Origin: Candidatus Kaiserbacteria bacterium CG10_big_fil_rev_8_21_14_0_10_59_10
GTDB taxonomy: Bacteria; Patescibacteriota; Minisyncoccia; Phycocordibacterales; UBA2100
DNA length: 64,000 bases
NCBI GenBank assembly: GCA_002773285.1
Contig: PFBM01000021.1
Location: 14,312-78,311 of the forward strand
Direction: 5' to 3'
A program made the translations under genes and the position numbers. The first letter of the stretch is position 1, and every line of letters starts with the position of its first letter. Of this stretch, positions 35,884 through 44,234 are shown in pieces. Below the pieces are notes generated by a model that saw only the letters and a program-made list of their open reading frames with translations, was not told the DNA's origin and searched no databases.

Positions 35884-37212
35884 ATGGAACGAAAAGCATT
35901 GCGCACGCTTTCTCTGCCCGATGCCCCCGGCGTCTACTTTTTTCGCGGTCCAAGGCGCTCGATACTCTATATCGGGAAAGCGGCTTCTCTATCCGACAGG
36001 GTACGGAGCTATTTCTCGGGCGATCTCGCGGCGTCTCGCTCACCCGCCATCGCGGGCATGGTCGCGCGCGCAAAAGACATCACATGGGAAGAGACGGATT
36101 CGGTGCTCGAGGCACTCATTCTGGAGGCGAACTACATTAAAAAGTATCAGCCCCCGTACAACGTTGAGCAGAAGGACAACAAGAGCTGGAATTACCTCTG
36201 CGTAACGCGCGAGAAGTTCCCGCAGGTGTTGGTGGTGCGCGGAAGAGAGCTGTTCGGGACGCAAGGAACGCGCAGGGATATGAAGGCGATATTCGGTCCA
36301 TACCCGCACGGCGGCTCACTGCGCGAAGCACTGAGAATAGTGCGCAAGATCTTTCCGTTCAGAGATGCATCGTGCACGCCATGCGACGAACAGATGTTGG
36401 CAATGCATACACGGCGCCCCAGCAAGCGCAAAACTCTTCCCACAAAGGTTAAACCTTTGGCAAAGGTTAAACCTTTGGGAGGGCGGGCGGATGAATGTAG
36501 ACCCTGCTTTAATAGACACATCGGGCTGTGCCCCGGCGTGTGCACGGGGGAAGTGACTGCGGCAGAATATGCCGGCACCATAAAGAATATTCGCGAGCTC
36601 TTTGCTGGCAAGAAGCGCTCGCTTGTGCGGCGCCTGCAACGGGAAATGCGTGCGGCGGCAAAGAGCGAGGACTACGAGCATGCGGCAACCTTGCGCACAC
36701 AAGTAGAGGCGCTGGAGCACATTCGCGACGTGTCGCTGATCAAAAACGACGCAGGCATTTCAACAGGAGGATCTTTCCGCGTGGAAGCGTACGATGTCGC
36801 TCACACGAGCGGCGCGGAGACCGTAGGTGTTATGACTGTCGTCTCCGGCGGCGAGGCCATGAAAAGCGCCTACAGAATGTTTAAGGTTCGCGGCGTCAAG
36901 AACGACGATGCGGCCGCACTGCGGGAAATATTATCAAGGCGGCTCGTCCACACGGAGTGGCAGCTTCCGCGCGTCGTTGTCGTAGACGGCGGCAAGGCGC
37001 AGCTACGCTCTGCCGAGCGGCTCTTTCGCGAGGTCGGCGTATCAATTCCCGTTGTAGCGGTCGTAAAGGATGAGCGCCACAGGCAATCGCGCATTATTGG
37101 TGATGAGGGTGCGATACGCGCCTCGGAGCGTGATATTCTGCTGGCAAACCGGGAGGCGCATCGCTTCGCGCTTTCGTACCATCGAAAAAGGCGCGCGCAC
37201 CAAGGTAGATGA
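35884..37212 (+). CDS. uvrC: Excinuclease ABC subunit C, short form (442 aa; GIY-YIG + UVR + RNase H-like nuclease domain; no C-terminal (HhH)2)
   Basis: GVYFFRGPRRSILYIGKAASLSDRVRSYF (GIY-YIG). UVR domain TLRTQVEALEHIRD. VEAYDVAHTSG catalytic segment. Ends about 150 aa short of typical UvrC. Confidence 0.85.
   Translation: MERKALRTLSLPDAPGVYFFRGPRRSILYIGKAASLSDRVRSYFSGDLAASRSPAIAGMVARAKDITWEETDSVLEALILEANYIKKYQPPYNVEQKDNKSWNYLCVTREKFPQVLVVRGRELFGTQGTRRDMKAIFGPYPHGGSLREALRIVRKIFPFRDASCTPCDEQMLAMHTRRPSKRKTLPTKVKPLAKVKPLGGRADECRPCFNRHIGLCPGVCTGEVTAAEYAGTIKNIRELFAGKKRSLVRRLQREMRAAAKSEDYEHAATLRTQVEALEHIRDVSLIKNDAGISTGGSFRVEAYDVAHTSGAETVGVMTVVSGGEAMKSAYRMFKVRGVKNDDAAALREILSRRLVHTEWQLPRVVVVDGGKAQLRSAERLFREVGVSIPVVAVVKDERHRQSRIIGDEGAIRASERDILLANREAHRFALSYHRKRRAHQGR
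36443..36478. repeat. Tandem direct repeat (2 x 18 nt) of an AT-rich perfect palindrome, in frame inside uvrC
   Basis: CAAAGGTTAAACCTTTGG twice in tandem; each unit contains the palindrome AAAGGTT-A-AACCTTT. Encodes KVKPLAKVKPL. Local GC is far below the genome average. Confidence 0.7.
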
Positions 37213-37264
37213 TTTTGCAGGCACGTATTGTATCCATCGGCCGTGGGGTTGCTATACTGTATCT

Positions 37265-37720
37265 ATGCCTGAAGGTCCGGAGAAGGGCAATATCATCAAA
37301 TTTCCTCGGAAGCGCAAGGAGAACGCCACACCTGCGTCGGAGGGTGACGCGTTGGGTACCGTGGGCGAGGATGCGCCTCGCCTCTCTAGAGACGAGGCGC
37401 GTGACATGGCAAGGAGCATAGCAAAACAACTCAGCAGTGATAAGACGGCACTTTTGGATGCGGAAAAGGAATGGCGTGAGAGGAATTGGGGACAGATTGA
37501 CGCCACGGAAGAAACTCAGGCACAGTGGTTGGAGAAATGGAGAAAGGAGTCACGGGCAGCTTCCGAACCGATATTCCTGGAGTTGTTCGAACGATATACG
37601 AAGGACGCCTCTTACTATCCACCACTGAAAATTCTGGCATACGCGTCGGAGTACCTCCGTCGCTTTGGTGAACGGTCTGATCTGGCGCTTTCAGAAGATG
37701 AGGACGACTGGGGGTTGTAG
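37265..37720 (+). CDS. Hypothetical protein (about 151 aa, charged, Trp-containing)
   Basis: Internal Met (MPEGPEKGNIIKFPRKRKE) of ORF-track ORF 37070..37720; coding-like composition. Confidence 0.45.
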   Translation: MPEGPEKGNIIKFPRKRKENATPASEGDALGTVGEDAPRLSRDEARDMARSIAKQLSSDKTALLDAEKEWRERNWGQIDATEETQAQWLEKWRKESRAASEPIFLELFERYTKDASYYPPLKILAYASEYLRRFGERSDLALSEDEDDWGL

Positions 37721-37848
37721 GTATCGCGTTCTTACGCATCCCAACGCACTAGAACTAACGCCGCGCTCGCGAGCGCAGTATGAGGGGCACTGCGTGCGGA
37801 TGTGCACATCACGGCGCTCGGTGAGATTTGTGCTGCTATACTTTGCGC

Positions 37849-38823
37849 ATGGCTCGCTTGGTGGTCGCAGTGCTGCGAGGAGGCACCTCCGATGAATATA
37901 CTTTGTCACTACGGACGGGTGCACAACTGCTGAGAGCGTTGCCTGAAGAGGAATACGACGTTCGCGACATTTTGATTGATGCGCAGGGCGTATGGCATTC
38001 CCGTGGACTGCCGCTTCCTCCTGCCCGCGCACTCACCGGCGTCGATGCCGTCCTTAACGGCCTGCACGGGGGCATCGGCGAGGACGGCACTCTCGCGCGG
38101 CTTTTGCGCCAATTGTCGGTTGCACACGCGACAGCAAGCGCGCACGCCTCCGCGCTTTCCCTGCACAAAGCGCGCGCCTCAGCTGTCATGCGAGAGGCGG
38201 GCATACACGTTCCTCGTGGCGTATTGTTCAGCGTTTCCAATGAGGTCCCGAGCACCACTATGGCACGAGCGGTTTTCGAGCAGTTCGGCCCGCCGTATAT
38301 CGTAAAGCCGACATCAACCGGCGCGTCCCATGGCGTCGTGTATGTGGCATCGTATCCGGAACTACCTGAGGCAATTGCCCGCGTACTGGAGACATATGGC
38401 GCCGCGCTCGTGGAAGAGTACATTATCGGCGAGGAGACGACGGCCGCCGTGATGGACGATTTCCGCGGCGAAGAGCTCTACGCATTTCCGCCGGCGCGCG
38501 TCGTCCGGCCCGAGCGCGCGCGACATCTTGCGCACACGCATCACCTTGATGGAGCTATTCGATACAATACGCCATCCGATTTCTCGCACGCTGAAAAAGA
38601 AGCAATTGTCGAGGCGGCGCGCAAGGCCCACCGCGCGCTCGGGCTCTCTTTTGTTTCGCGCGCGGATATCATCCTCTCGCGGCGCGGCCCGTACGTACTC
38701 GAGGTGAATGCCGTGCCCGGGTTGTATGAAGGGGCGGCGCTCCCACCCATGCTTGAATCCGTCGGCTCATCAGTGGGAGAGTACGCCCGCCATCAGCTCC
38801 AACTCGCGCGTGAGCGCAATTAA
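37849..38823 (+). CDS. ddl: D-alanine--D-alanine ligase
   Basis: MARLVVAVLRGGTSDEYTLSLRTG start and an ATP-grasp body (IVKPTSTGASHGVVYV...EEYIIGEE...LEVNAVPGL). Confidence 0.85.
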   Translation: MARLVVAVLRGGTSDEYTLSLRTGAQLLRALPEEEYDVRDILIDAQGVWHSRGLPLPPARALTGVDAVLNGLHGGIGEDGTLARLLRQLSVAHATASAHASALSLHKARASAVMREAGIHVPRGVLFSVSNEVPSTTMARAVFEQFGPPYIVKPTSTGASHGVVYVASYPELPEAIARVLETYGAALVEEYIIGEETTAAVMDDFRGEELYAFPPARVVRPERARHLAHTHHLDGAIRYNTPSDFSHAEKEAIVEAARKAHRALGLSFVSRADIILSRRGPYVLEVNAVPGLYEGAALPPMLESVGSSVGEYARHQLQLARERN

Positions 38824-38842
38824 TTGTATTCTTGCTGCGTTA

Positions 38843-38914
38843 GGGCCAGTAGTTCAGTGGTAGAATGCCTCATTTGCAATGAGGAGGTCCGGGGTTCGAT
38901 CCCCCGCTGGTCCA
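38843..38914 (+). tRNA. tRNA-Ala (anticodon TGC), G3:U70 identity pair present, no encoded CCA
   Basis: Acceptor GGGCCAG/CTGGTCC with a G3-T70 wobble; anticodon stem CCTCA/TGAGG, loop TTTGCAA; T-arm CGGGG-TTCGATC-CCCCG; discriminator A. Confidence 0.85.
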
Positions 38915-38935
38915 CAGGGGTAAAAGACATGTGCC

Positions 38936-40741
38936 TTAGTGCACGAGGATGGATACTGCGCGTTCAGCAATGAGGGCGCCTGAAAGATTGCGGGCAACGA
39001 AGTTGACAACGTAAGGTCCGGCGCCGCGCCAATTCCAACCCGACACGTCTACCCATGCGCGCTTATGGAACCATCCTTCGTCGCTATCGTGCATCTCGTT
39101 CAGCCGGTCGCCGTCCACCTGCCAGAACATTCGGTACTCCGGCAGCGCGGCATCCTGCAGGAGCGCCTTAAACGGCTGGGTTCCCGATATTCCAGCGCCA
39201 TCGGTCGGCCACCAAATATCGATATCTCCATTCTCCGGACCGGGCGCGGGCGGCGGCGTGTCATCGCCGTTCTCTGGGGGCGGCGGTGGAGGCGGCTCGC
39301 CGCCGCCGTTGCCGCCAACAGCTATCGTTGCCGCCTCGTTATTCCAATGAACGACGTTGGACCAGCCCGCGGTGAATACGCCTATCGCAACACGATAGAG
39401 TCCGGCCGCCGCCGCGTTCCACGTCGGCATGTACTGCTTTGTTTCTCCTGAGCCGAATGATTGATTCTCAAAAAAATGCTGAAACACCTGCTGGCCGGAC
39501 TCGTTGTAAATCTCGACATCAACTATGCCGCCAATGAATTCATCGCCGATGTTTTGCACCGATACGTGCACTGTCGTATTGTGTCCCGTCTCAGGTGATG
39601 CGGGCGATGGGTCCGCATCGCTTGTAAACGTCGGCGGATTCTGGGGCTGGCTCACGGGAGGCGCCGCGTTGGTGAACCAGCGTGTTACTACCTCCTCAGC
39701 GGGCTTGTTCTGCGGCGTGTAGTTATTGTCGCCGGAGCCGCCTGCGTGCGGATTTGTCTCCCATTTCCACCAGTAGACACCGTGCACGTAGTCGTAATCA
39801 TTCCAGTATGAGAGCAGGGCCTCGTACGCATGTGCCTGCTCATGTAGGTCTACCGCGCCGCCGCGGCTCCAGTTCCACGGGTCGTGACGGGCGCCCTCGA
39901 GCGAGCGATAGCCGATCTCGAGAAAGAGGAGGGGCTTGCCGACGCTCTGGCTGAACGCTCGGATGTCGTTGTTGTTCCAGAAATGCCACGCACTCTTTAT
40001 ATCGTCGACGGCATTCGTGGGCGAGTTCAGGTTGTAGTATACGGAAAGCCCGGCATAATCGAGCTGCGGCCAAAATTCAATAAACTTCTTTTCGTTCACG
40101 AACGGGTCGTCAGTGTTGTTTGTTGAATTCGCGCCATAGACGAGAGAGCCCGAATATACGCCGCGCACATCGGCGATCAGGGACTGCCAGTTTGCTGTGT
40201 TCGACGGATGCATCACTCCGGCCGCCACCGACACGAGTTCCGTTCCTATATTCAGCATCGCCGCGCCGTGGGATTCTGCTATTGCCGCAAGATGCAGAAG
40301 GCGCTCGCGATAGCGCGAGAACCACGCATCCCTGTCGTCAGGGTTAATGTGCGCGCGCCATGAGCCATCATACGACTCGAGATGGAGCTTAAGCGTTACC
40401 TGCAGGCCGAGCGAGCGGGCATACTCTATAGCTGCGATGAGCGCCTCATCGGTGGGCGTGTTCCAACCAGGCGCAATGTCTGAGCTGCGCGTGTTGGATT
40501 GGTAGTAGGGAACGACGATGCCGACATGCGACGCGCCCGTCGCAGCAAGGTCGCGCAGAGATTCCCGCGCACTCTCGCTGCCGAGGTCCGTGCTGCTCTG
40601 CGGTACGAGCGTCGCTCCTTGTTGCCAGTTGGCGACCGCTGCCTCGCTTTTTTCCGGCCACCATGCCATAAGCGCGCCCAGAGAAACAATCCCGAGCGCG
40701 ATACTTGTCGCCAATGCCCTACTCATCGTTGCGTGCTCCAC
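38936..40741 (-). CDS. Secreted glycoside hydrolase (TIM-barrel mannanase-like, GH26/GH113-type) with a poly-Pro linker and a C-terminal beta-rich domain
   Basis: Signal/TM LATSIALGIVSLGALMAWW; catalytic-domain-like ...VTLKLHLESYDGSWRAHINP...NIGTELVSVA...FLEIGYRS...; PPPPPPPENGDDTPPPAPGPENG linker. Family assignment by eye only. Confidence 0.55.
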   Translation of the reverse strand: MEHATMSRALATSIALGIVSLGALMAWWPEKSEAAVANWQQGATLVPQSSTDLGSESARESLRDLAATGASHVGIVVPYYQSNTRSSDIAPGWNTPTDEALIAAIEYARSLGLQVTLKLHLESYDGSWRAHINPDDRDAWFSRYRERLLHLAAIAESHGAAMLNIGTELVSVAAGVMHPSNTANWQSLIADVRGVYSGSLVYGANSTNNTDDPFVNEKKFIEFWPQLDYAGLSVYYNLNSPTNAVDDIKSAWHFWNNNDIRAFSQSVGKPLLFLEIGYRSLEGARHDPWNWSRGGAVDLHEQAHAYEALLSYWNDYDYVHGVYWWKWETNPHAGGSGDNNYTPQNKPAEEVVTRWFTNAAPPVSQPQNPPTFTSDADPSPASPETGHNTTVHVSVQNIGDEFIGGIVDVEIYNESGQQVFQHFFENQSFGSGETKQYMPTWNAAAAGLYRVAIGVFTAGWSNVVHWNNEAATIAVGGNGGGEPPPPPPPENGDDTPPPAPGPENGDIDIWWPTDGAGISGTQPFKALLQDAALPEYRMFWQVDGDRLNEMHDSDEGWFHKRAWVDVSGWNWRGAGPYVVNFVARNLSGALIAERAVSILVH

Positions 40742-40850
40742 TTAGACAGTATCAACTGGTCGGTTGAACGGGGCATGAAGGTGCAGATGCTATCCAAGCC
40801 GACGCAGCAATACCATGCAAGGACTTGCGTAAGGGGATTCTTGTGTTACA

Positions 40851-41390
40851 ATGGCAGTGTTGGCTCAGCAAGAGGAGGATGAAATGCTCTCGAGCGGAAT
40901 CAACGAAGAAGGTGTCCTTATAGATTGGGGGCACGCGGATTTCTCTAAGTTTCCTAGCGCTAGTGCCGAGGAAATTAAGAGAAACTCGCAAAAGTTCTTC
41001 CGTGCGGCCTTCGGGGATAGAGTCCCCAGGGGTACGGCTGCACGGATCCAAGTGACCAGCTGCGCGCTCGAGGAGCGCCGTTCCTGCGGAAGGCGCCTTC
41101 GAGTGCTGCAGGTCGCCTCCGAACGGAGCGGTGGTATCTGGGAGTTCTTCCGCAGTATCTTCGGAGAGCGCGTTGCCTCACCGGCTCTGACGATATACGT
41201 TCGTCCGAGCGCGAGGGACGAAAACGGCGCGTACAAGGGGGCGAAAATATCTTTCCGCATCCCCGACGAGCTCGCGAAATGGCTCACTCCGGAGCGGATG
41301 CGCAGGGCGGCGCGCGAACTTGAACCGAAACGACCTCCCCGCACTACTATCAGGCAGCGGAAGGCCATCGAGGCATTTGCTTGGTCCTAG
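40851..41390 (+). CDS. Hypothetical protein (179 aa)
   Basis: ORF-track ORF with coding-like composition; no family recognised. Confidence 0.4.
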   Translation: MAVLAQQEEDEMLSSGINEEGVLIDWGHADFSKFPSASAEEIKRNSQKFFRAAFGDRVPRGTAARIQVTSCALEERRSCGRRLRVLQVASERSGGIWEFFRSIFGERVASPALTIYVRPSARDENGAYKGAKISFRIPDELAKWLTPERMRRAARELEPKRPPRTTIRQRKAIEAFAWS

Positions 41391-41605
41391 GTCACCCATG
41401 TTCTTTTGAAGCGCTCGCAACGTAAGCGGGCGCTCTTTTTTATCCCCAAACTGCGCCACCATCTTGACAACCTCCGAAAGTGACCCATACTAGTCGGGAA
41501 TGTAAGTTTTCCATGTGTTGTGTTCCGGCAGCCGCAGGGCTGCGCCGACAAGACAGTGGAAAAGGTTGGTTTACATGAATTAAAGGAACACAATTCGACA
41601 CGACA

Positions 41606-41929
41606 ATGGCAAAGAAGTTGTACGTCGGCGGGCTGCCCTACAGCACGACCGACGCCGAGTTGAAGGACGCGTTTTCGCAGGCAGGGACCGTCGAGTCGGC
41701 CACCGTCATCATGGATAAGATGAGCGGCCGCTCGAAAGGTTTCGGCTTTGTGGAGATGTCGACGGATGAGGAAGCGCAAGCGGCTATCGACCAATTCAAT
41801 GGGAAGGATTTCGGCGGACGCTCGATCACCGTTAACGAGGCGCGTCCTATGGAGGAGCGCCCGCGCCGCGACTTTCGTGGCGGAGGCGGCGGAGGCGGCT
41901 ACGGCCGCTCCAACGACCGACGCTGGTAG
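41606..41929 (+). CDS. RRM-domain RNA-binding protein with RGG/Gly-rich C-terminal tail
   Basis: LYVGGLPYSTTDAELKDAF (RNP2-like) and KGFGFVEM (RNP1). C-terminal RRDFRGGGGGGGYGRSNDRRW. Confidence 0.8.
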   Translation: MAKKLYVGGLPYSTTDAELKDAFSQAGTVESATVIMDKMSGRSKGFGFVEMSTDEEAQAAIDQFNGKDFGGRSITVNEARPMEERPRRDFRGGGGGGGYGRSNDRRW

Positions 41930-41955
41930 CTCAAGGAGCGCAGCGAGGGTTATCT

Positions 41956-41988
41956 ACACCCCTCACCAAAGAACTCGGTGAGGGGTGT
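41956..41988 (+). terminator. 12-bp perfect hairpin (ACACCCCTCACC / GGTGAGGGGTGT) directly after the RRM gene; putative terminator/attenuator without a clear U-run
   Basis: Read directly: acacccctcacc aaagaactc ggtgaggggtgt. Confidence 0.35.
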
Positions 41989-41999
41989 ATGATTGCTGC

Positions 42000-42377
42000 A
42001 TGAGATATGGCGCGATGTTCGGCTGGGGCGTGGTCATATACGCGGTGGTCTTTTTGGTGTGGTCGGGTTTTCTAACGTACGGATTTATCGAGGGCATGTT
42101 GCCGCGTATCCTCGGATTTGCCGCGCTCGTAGCGGCGACCTCTACCGCCGCGTTGTCCTTGCGGCTTTCAACATGGTACGACGTCCTGCCGTACTCGCTT
42201 TCGTGGATGGTCGTCGTTATGCTCCTCGATGGTATTTTCTCATTCCCATTTGTGGGGTTCGCGATATACGCGGACCCCAACGTGTGGGTGGGATATGCGC
42301 TTGTCGCCATCGTCCCGCTTGCCGCGATCCGCATCGCGAGCTTTTACCGCAGGCCGCACTCTGTTGAGAGCCAGTAG
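42000..42377 (+). CDS. Small polytopic membrane protein (hypothetical, about 125 aa). Alternative start 42015; GTG at 41985 lies inside the hairpin.
   Basis: Three or four hydrophobic helices (GWGVVIYAVVFLVWSGFL...; LGFAALVAATSTAAL; VVVMLLDGIFSFPFVGFAIY). Confidence 0.5.
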   Translation: MRYGAMFGWGVVIYAVVFLVWSGFLTYGFIEGMLPRILGFAALVAATSTAALSLRLSTWYDVLPYSLSWMVVVMLLDGIFSFPFVGFAIYADPNVWVGYALVAIVPLAAIRIASFYRRPHSVESQ

Positions 42378-42379
42378 AT

Positions 42380-43555
42380 ATGCATTCATCGCTGTACACG
42401 CATCGCACACTCGTGCGCGCCGCCTTCGCGCTTGCGCACGTGTTCGTGTGGGTGCTGTCCTTCGAATTACTTTCTGCCGCGCTCGCATCGGTTGGAGCCG
42501 CGCTCGCGGCAACGGCGCTCTTGCACGCAACCTCACAAACCGTTTCGCTCTACACAACGCCCTTCGCGGCGCGGTTTCTCCACCGCGCGGGGGCGCGGCG
42601 CAGCATGTCACTTGCGGCGCTCGCTGCGGTGGCGGCGTTCGCCATGTTTGCGCATATTTTCAGCGAGCGAGAGGGAGCGCTTCCGCTTGCCGCTTTATGC
42701 AGTGCGGTGGTGCTCCTTGGACTGTACCGCGCGCTCTACTGGGTGCCGTATCGCGTCATGGACGACCGTACAGCGGAGCAGGCATACCGCTCACACTACC
42801 TGCGAGAGCTCGGCATCGCGTCGCTGCCGCTCGCCGGTGCGCTCATACTGATATACAGCCCACTGGGTGCCGCCGCTCTTTTCTTGTGCGCCGGCCTGCT
42901 GCTTCTCGGTTCTATGATTTTTCTCGCTCGCGCACCTACCGCGTACGAACGATATGATTGGACGTTCGCCGAGAGCATGCGGCGGCTCTTTTCTGCGTCT
43001 GAGCGCCCGCTGCTTTCATCTTCTTTTCTGCAGGGCGTGCAAGGCGCGGCACTCCTGTTCGCGTGGCCGCTTGCGGTATTTACCGTCGTCGACGGCTCGT
43101 TTCTCGTGCTCGGCGCTGTCATGTCGCTCTCTCTCGGTGCGACCATTCTGCTGCGCGCACATATCAGTCGCGCCGTGCGTGATACGCCTCTTGGCGATTC
43201 CATACACGTATCCGCCGCACTCGGTGCCTCGGGCTGGCTATTGCGGCTCACGGCCGCATCGCCCATCGCGCTTATCATCGTCGACACGTATTCCAATGCG
43301 GGCAATCCGCTTAGGCGTATCGGCGTTGACTGCGCAGCATTTGAGCAAGCGGCGGACCTCGGCCACTTTGTCGACGAATTTTCCGCACTGAAGGACATGG
43401 GGCAGATGCTCGGGCGTATCACTCTGGCACTTATTCTTGCCTTAGCTGCGGTCTATCTTGGCGCGTTCATCTCACTCGCGCTTGCGATACTTATTGCGGC
43501 GTGCGCTGCAGGCGTGTCGCTCTACGCTTTCCAACCCGGGCGAATTCACGCATAG
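42380..43555 (+). CDS. Polytopic integral membrane protein (391 aa, about 10 TM; transporter-like), hypothetical
   Basis: Continuous hydrophobic helices separated by short Arg-containing loops. Preferred over the Arg-rich alternative frame 42229..42957. Confidence 0.55.
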   Translation: MHSSLYTHRTLVRAAFALAHVFVWVLSFELLSAALASVGAALAATALLHATSQTVSLYTTPFAARFLHRAGARRSMSLAALAAVAAFAMFAHIFSEREGALPLAALCSAVVLLGLYRALYWVPYRVMDDRTAEQAYRSHYLRELGIASLPLAGALILIYSPLGAAALFLCAGLLLLGSMIFLARAPTAYERYDWTFAESMRRLFSASERPLLSSSFLQGVQGAALLFAWPLAVFTVVDGSFLVLGAVMSLSLGATILLRAHISRAVRDTPLGDSIHVSAALGASGWLLRLTAASPIALIIVDTYSNAGNPLRRIGVDCAAFEQAADLGHFVDEFSALKDMGQMLGRITLALILALAAVYLGAFISLALAILIAACAAGVSLYAFQPGRIHA

Positions 43556-43562
43556 TGCCCGC

Positions 43563-44177
43563 ATGAGGCGCACTCTGCCCACCTCTTTTTTTCGAAAAAA
43601 AGCGACGGACATAGCACCTGCACTATTGGGTAAATGCCTCGTTCGCTCAATGCGCCGCGCTACTGTCTCAGCGATGATAACTGAAGTCGAGGCGTATGAC
43701 GGACTCGACGACCTGGCGAGCCATGCGTCGCGCGGACGCACGCCACGGAGCGCAGTCATGTTCGGGCCGCCGGGCCACTGGTACGTCTATCTCGTCTACG
43801 GCATACACGAAATGCTCAATATTGTATGCGGTCCGGAAGGGTATCCAGCCGCTGTCCTTATACGCGGCGTCCACATTTCTCCACGTACATCTCTACCGCC
43901 TCGCCCCCAAAATTACCAAGGACCGTCCTTGGTAAGGGGAGGGGGTAGGGTGCGCGCGGGCGAAATCGCGGGCGAAATACTGGGGCCGGGAAGGGTAACA
44001 AAGGAACTTGCCGTCACGAGAGCGCTGAATGGGCAGCCGGCGACCGCAGCGAGCGGGCTCTGGATTGAAGACAGAGGAGTGCGGGTGCGCCGCAGCGAAA
44101 TTATTCGTACATCAAGGATAGGCGTGGCATACGCCGGGGAGTGGGCGCATAAGCCGTGGCGGTTCACTCTGCAGTAA
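43563..44177 (+). CDS. mpg: DNA-3-methyladenine glycosylase (MPG/AAG family) with an in-frame palindrome-encoded insert
   Basis: ALLGKCLVR...ITEVEAYDGLDDLASHASRGRTPRSAVMFGPPGHWYVYLVYGIHEMLNIVCGPEGYPAAVLIRGV matches MPG throughout. Extra segment ISPRTSLPPRPQNYQGPSLVRGGG before the C-terminal region. Confidence 0.75.
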   Translation: MRRTLPTSFFRKKATDIAPALLGKCLVRSMRRATVSAMITEVEAYDGLDDLASHASRGRTPRSAVMFGPPGHWYVYLVYGIHEMLNIVCGPEGYPAAVLIRGVHISPRTSLPPRPQNYQGPSLVRGGGRVRAGEIAGEILGPGRVTKELAVTRALNGQPATAASGLWIEDRGVRVRRSEIIRTSRIGVAYAGEWAHKPWRFTLQ

Positions 44178-44211
44178 AAAAAAGAAGCGGCATCCAGTGC
44201 GGACCCGCTTC
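44176..44211 (-). terminator. Rho-independent terminator for the minus-strand gene 44235..44561 (possibly bidirectional)
   Basis: GAAGCGG-(14-nt loop)-CCGCTTC hairpin flanked by AAAAAAAA on the plus strand (U-run on the minus strand). Confidence 0.45.
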
Positions 44212-44234
44212 AATCAATTCATCATATGCGCGTC

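Noticed and set aside
11636-38914. Integrated mobile element or prophage targeting tRNA-Gln or tRNA-Ala
   Set aside because: No integrase, transposase, phage structural genes or flanking direct repeats of the tRNA 3' ends were found near either tRNA. The adjacent genes are housekeeping or sortase-related.
42229-42957. 242-aa plus-strand ORF in an alternative frame to the membrane protein 42380..43555
   Set aside because: Arg/Ala-rich, non-hydrophobic junk. The overlapping frame encodes coherent TM helices, so it was preferred.
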